Assembly: GCF_006345805.1 (NCBI RefSeq)
Contig: NW_021826992.1
Span: 1-11,428 of the forward strand
DNA: 11,428 bases
Reading direction: 5' to 3'
From: Octopus sinensis
Lineage: Eukaryota
Part shown: piece after piece, positions 8,318-11,428 of the stretch
Numbering within the stretch: position 1 is the stretch's first letter
How the letters are laid out: each line of letters starts with the position of its first letter
The notes under the pieces: generated by a model
Told to the model about the DNA's origin: nothing
What the model saw: the letters and a program-made list of their open reading frames with translations, nothing else
Database searches by the model: none
Position numbers and translations under genes: made by a program

Positions 8318-8447
8318 GACGAAGGGCTTCTTTCAGTTTCCGTCTACCACATACACTCACACTTGCTCAAGGTGCCACGCAGTGGGACTGAACCCGGAAC
8401 CATGTGGTTGGTAAGCAAGCTACTTACTACACAGCCACTCCTGCGCC
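8046..8447 (-). mobile_element. Near full-length tRNA-derived SINE with expanded internal (TA)n at 8251-8313 and internal deletions
   Basis: Both the tail (actctttactcttttacttgtttca) and the head (cagccactcctgcgcc) are present as the reverse complement of the family. Confidence 0.92.
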
Positions 8448-8560
8448 TATACACATATATATACTTATTTTAAAATAGTGTACATATAAACACAAGAGAA
8501 AACTACCCTTTAACAGGTAATTTTTACATGCTAGAAGAAGCAGCTAAAACGGCTAAAACC

Positions 8561-8650
8561 GTTGCCAAACCGCTAGGCTTCGTCGACGTAAACACACCCA
8601 CAACGGTTGTCAAGCTATGGTGTGGAGGTGACAAGCACTTACGCACACTC
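8561..8650 (-). mobile_element. Old diverged SINE internal fragment
   Basis: ttgccaaaccgctagg...gacgtaaacacacccacaacggttgtcaagc matches the reverse complement of ~7185-7265. Confidence 0.7.
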
Positions 8651-8670
8651 ATACATGAAGATTTCCATAT

Positions 8671-9062
8671 GAGATTTGACTGCTGTTTCTAGCATATCCA
8701 GTTTTCACCGCATTTTTTAGCAGTCCACACACACACTCTCTCTCTCTCGCTGCTAGAAACAGCAGTCAAATTCTTTAGATCTGCTTGAAGTAGCAGTCAA
8801 ATTCCTTGGTTATTCTAAAAATCACAGTAAAATTCTCTTGGATTTACTAGAAATAGAAGTCAAATCTGGTTTTGCTAGAAATAGGAGTCAAATTTGGATC
8901 TGATAGAAAGTGTAGTCAGATCTCTTGGATCTAGGAGAAATAACAGTCATAACTCCAACACACTGCCCTGCTCGGACTGCTAAAAATAGGAGTTAAATCT
9001 CCTTGATTGCCTCTCAAAAAGCAGTCAGTTCTACTTGATCTGCAGCAACAACAGTCAAACCT
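8671..9062 (-). repeat. Degenerate ~30-bp tandem array (~10 units) of the minisatellite core in reverse orientation, preceded by one forward core
   Basis: GCTAGAAAYAGCAGTCAAA-like units at ~8752, 8783, 8814, 8846, 8874, 8902, 8933, 8979, 9012, 9042. Perfect 21-bp inverted repeat 8674-8694/8751-8771. Confidence 0.8.
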
Positions 9063-9180
9063 TCAATAACTAGCTCCGCAATAGTAAGATAACGAGTTCA
9101 AGCACAGTGCACATCGTTACGTGTGAGTATCTATTACCAAGGAGCCTCGGTTTGATGGAAATGGTTTGAATTGTCTTCTG

Positions 9181-9320
9181 GTGGGAAGCCTGCTTCCGAG
9201 CAACAATGTTCTGGATTCAGTCCCAATGGGTGGCACCTTGAGTAAGTATTTTCTACTATAGTCTCGGGCCGACCAAAGCCTTGTGAGCGAAAACTAAAAG
9301 AAGCCTGTTGTATGTATATA
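9181..9320 (+). mobile_element. Diverged SINE 5' half
   Basis: ggattcagtcccaatgggtggcaccttgagtaagtattttctactatagtctcgggccgaccaaagccttgtgag matches ~7033-7108. Confidence 0.85.
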
Positions 9321-9329
9321 TTCATATAT

Positions 9330-9694
9330 ACTCTTCACTCTTTTACTTGTTTCAGTCATTTGATTGTAGCAGTGCTGGAAGCACCGCCTTTAGTCGAGCA
9401 AATCGACCCCAAGAATTATTCTTTGTAAGCTTAGTACTTATTCTATCGGTCTCTTTTGCCGAACTGCAAAGTTACGGGGACGTAAACACACCAGCAATGG
9501 TTGTCAAACATATACCACACATGCATATATATGACGGGCTTTTTTTCAGTTTCCGTCTACCAATCCACTCACAAGGCTTTGGTCGGCCCGAGGCTATAGT
9601 AGAAGACAATTACCCAAGGTGCCACGCAGTGGGACTGAACTTGGAACCATGTGGCTGCTAAGCAAGCTACTTACCACACCGACTCTCCTACGCC
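9330..9694 (-). mobile_element. Near full-length tRNA-derived SINE
   Basis: Tail through head present as the reverse complement of the family. Confidence 0.92.
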
Positions 9695-9703
9695 TATATA
9701 TAC

Positions 9704-9768
<65 letters not shown>

Positions 9769-9805
9769 GATATATATTATATATATATAAATATATATAT
9801 ATTAT
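9695..9805. repeat. (TA)n microsatellite, imperfect
   Basis: Direct reading. Confidence 0.95.
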
Positions 9806-10260
9806 ATTAAAATATTAGGGAATAAATCCAAACTTACAGGGAAAAATCAGATTTAGGATTAAATACAATTTTATAGTAAAATATATTATATTATATTACA
9901 TAAATTAGAGATACAACCACTATTAGGCAAATCAAACAATGCAAAACAGAAGCCAATACATAATTAATTAATTATATTATTTTAAATATATATCAAAAGT
10001 ATTAAAGTTTAATAAAAGATAAAGAGTAAACACTACGATCGTTTCATGGCTGTCCAATTCGTAATAATTCGAGTTATGGTTACAGTCAATCTCAGGTTAA
10101 TTGAAATATCTAAAATATAATCAAAATATTTAAACAATATTTTTAAGATAATAATAATATAATAATTTTACTTATAATAAACTCTATTATCAAACTAGAA
10201 ACATAAAACTTAACAATTATGATTATATCAAAATCGACTATAATGTTAATATTAATTTTA
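9806..10260 (-). mobile_element. Penelope-like pLTR region with degenerate hammerhead at 10031-10098
   Basis: Inverted homologue of 1523-1825. Minus strand: AAC CTGA-GA T TGACTGT...ACAGCCA T GAAAC GATC GTA GTG, with one base lost from the CTGANGA core. Confidence 0.65.
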
Positions 10261-11330
10261 ATTTATAAGGTAGGAAACCCACCAATAATCTAATATCGGT
10301 ATTAGTCTATATCTAATTACATAAATATTTAAAAAAACTAATATATATAAATTATCAATGAAAATATATAATGTATATAAATTTATAATTAAGATCTAAA
10401 ATAATCTCTATAAATATATATATATGCACATATATAAAACCTAATAAATTAATTTTTTCATATTTAAAGATGAATAGCAATTTCAAAATACAAATAAACA
10501 AACTTAAAAGAACTTTCGGAAATCTAATTTAGATTCAAATGAATATCATTAACCTAGGATATTTTTACCTAACTAATTAGTCTTTCTCCGCGGGTAGTAA
10601 ATATTATTTCCAACAGATTCTATATTTTAATTCATTAATAACATTTCACTATCTACGAAATCTGAGTAAATTACTCTTCTTAATTACTTCTCTTCATAAA
10701 AATAAATCACCTTTTACTAAACTTATGAAAACCTTTCTTCTTGAGTACTCCTCTTCCAGTTTTCCTATTATATATATTTGACCCCTAATATATTCACTTG
10801 ACTAATAAGACTTTTGTCCTCAGTTAATGAGTATTATGCCTACTCATAATAAGTGATAGAATTTTCTGCAAAATGAATAGATATTAGATTTATAATTTCT
10901 CCTTTAATCCAACGTATCAAAAATATTCAAATCTACCAGCTAAGTATAACTTGATGTATATAATATAAAAGAATCTCTGTATCTCTATAAGTGGTCACTG
11001 TGACCATTTGACATTAACTAGTTTTCCTAATGCTAAATCTGTTTACCAAATAGTATAAAAGGCATCTGTAGCATTACAACCCTCTCTCTACCTTAATTTC
11101 TTTATATAGAACTTTGACATCTATTTCACCACTTTTCTATAAATAGAAAATCTTTCTTGTCTCCTTTCAATTGATCATCCTTCCCAAACCTTACTAGCAG
11201 TTGAAAACAACTGAATATTCTGAATACTCTTCGGTCAGTTGATAAACTCTACTACCTTAATGTTCTTAAATTTTAAATCCACTTCTTTGTTATATATCTA
11301 CCTTCTCTATAATGTTATTAATTGATATGA

Positions 11331-11428
11331 AATTTGTATTAATGGAAAACCTCTATTAATGGCTGATGATTGCTCAACATTTTAAAATGTTGTAATACTT
11401 ACAACATTTAATAAAATGATGTAGCGTG
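11331..11428 (+). ncRNA. 5' part of a hammerhead ribozyme in a pLTR-like repeat, cut by the window end
   Basis: CTGATGA 11363-11369, then a long stem II with perfect inner hairpin AAATGTTGTAA(11385-11395)/TTACAACATTT(11399-11409). The window ends at the G of the expected GAAAC. Homologous to the reverse complement of 4091-4188. Confidence 0.7.

Noticed and set aside
4140-9661. Recurrent short ORFs sharing peptides such as PKVPRSGTEPGTMWLVSKLLTTQPLLRL
   Set aside because: Antisense translations of SINE copies, not a protein family
10817-10823. Minus-strand CTGAGGA core
   Set aside because: No pairing stem II or GAAA-stem III downstream

Overview
Repeat-dominated, AT-rich eukaryotic DNA, most likely intronic or intergenic. 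It is probably from an octopus or other cephalopod; this is inferred from the tRNA-derived SINE family and the microsatellite density, not confirmed. There is no intact gene, and nearly all ORFs in the track are microsatellite or SINE artefacts. Contents: a frameshifted CR1/L2-type non-LTR reverse transcriptase fragment (1-780, minus), about 10 copies or fragments of one tRNA-derived SINE, a ~25-unit 46-bp minisatellite, and many simple repeats. The main unexplained signal is a dense set of type I hammerhead ribozyme (HHR) motifs read directly from the sequence. Eight are full or near-full (1093, 1657, 3129, 3744, 4079, 7790, 10031, 11360) and two are half-motifs (7437, 7488). They fall into about five unrelated short non-coding repeat families. 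Each has a palindromic mini stem III (GTAC, GATC, TCGA or loopless), and most abut (TA)n tracts. This fits Penelope-like pseudo-LTRs or non-autonomous retrozyme-like elements. A possible promoter and first coding exon lies at about 2777-3018 (low confidence).
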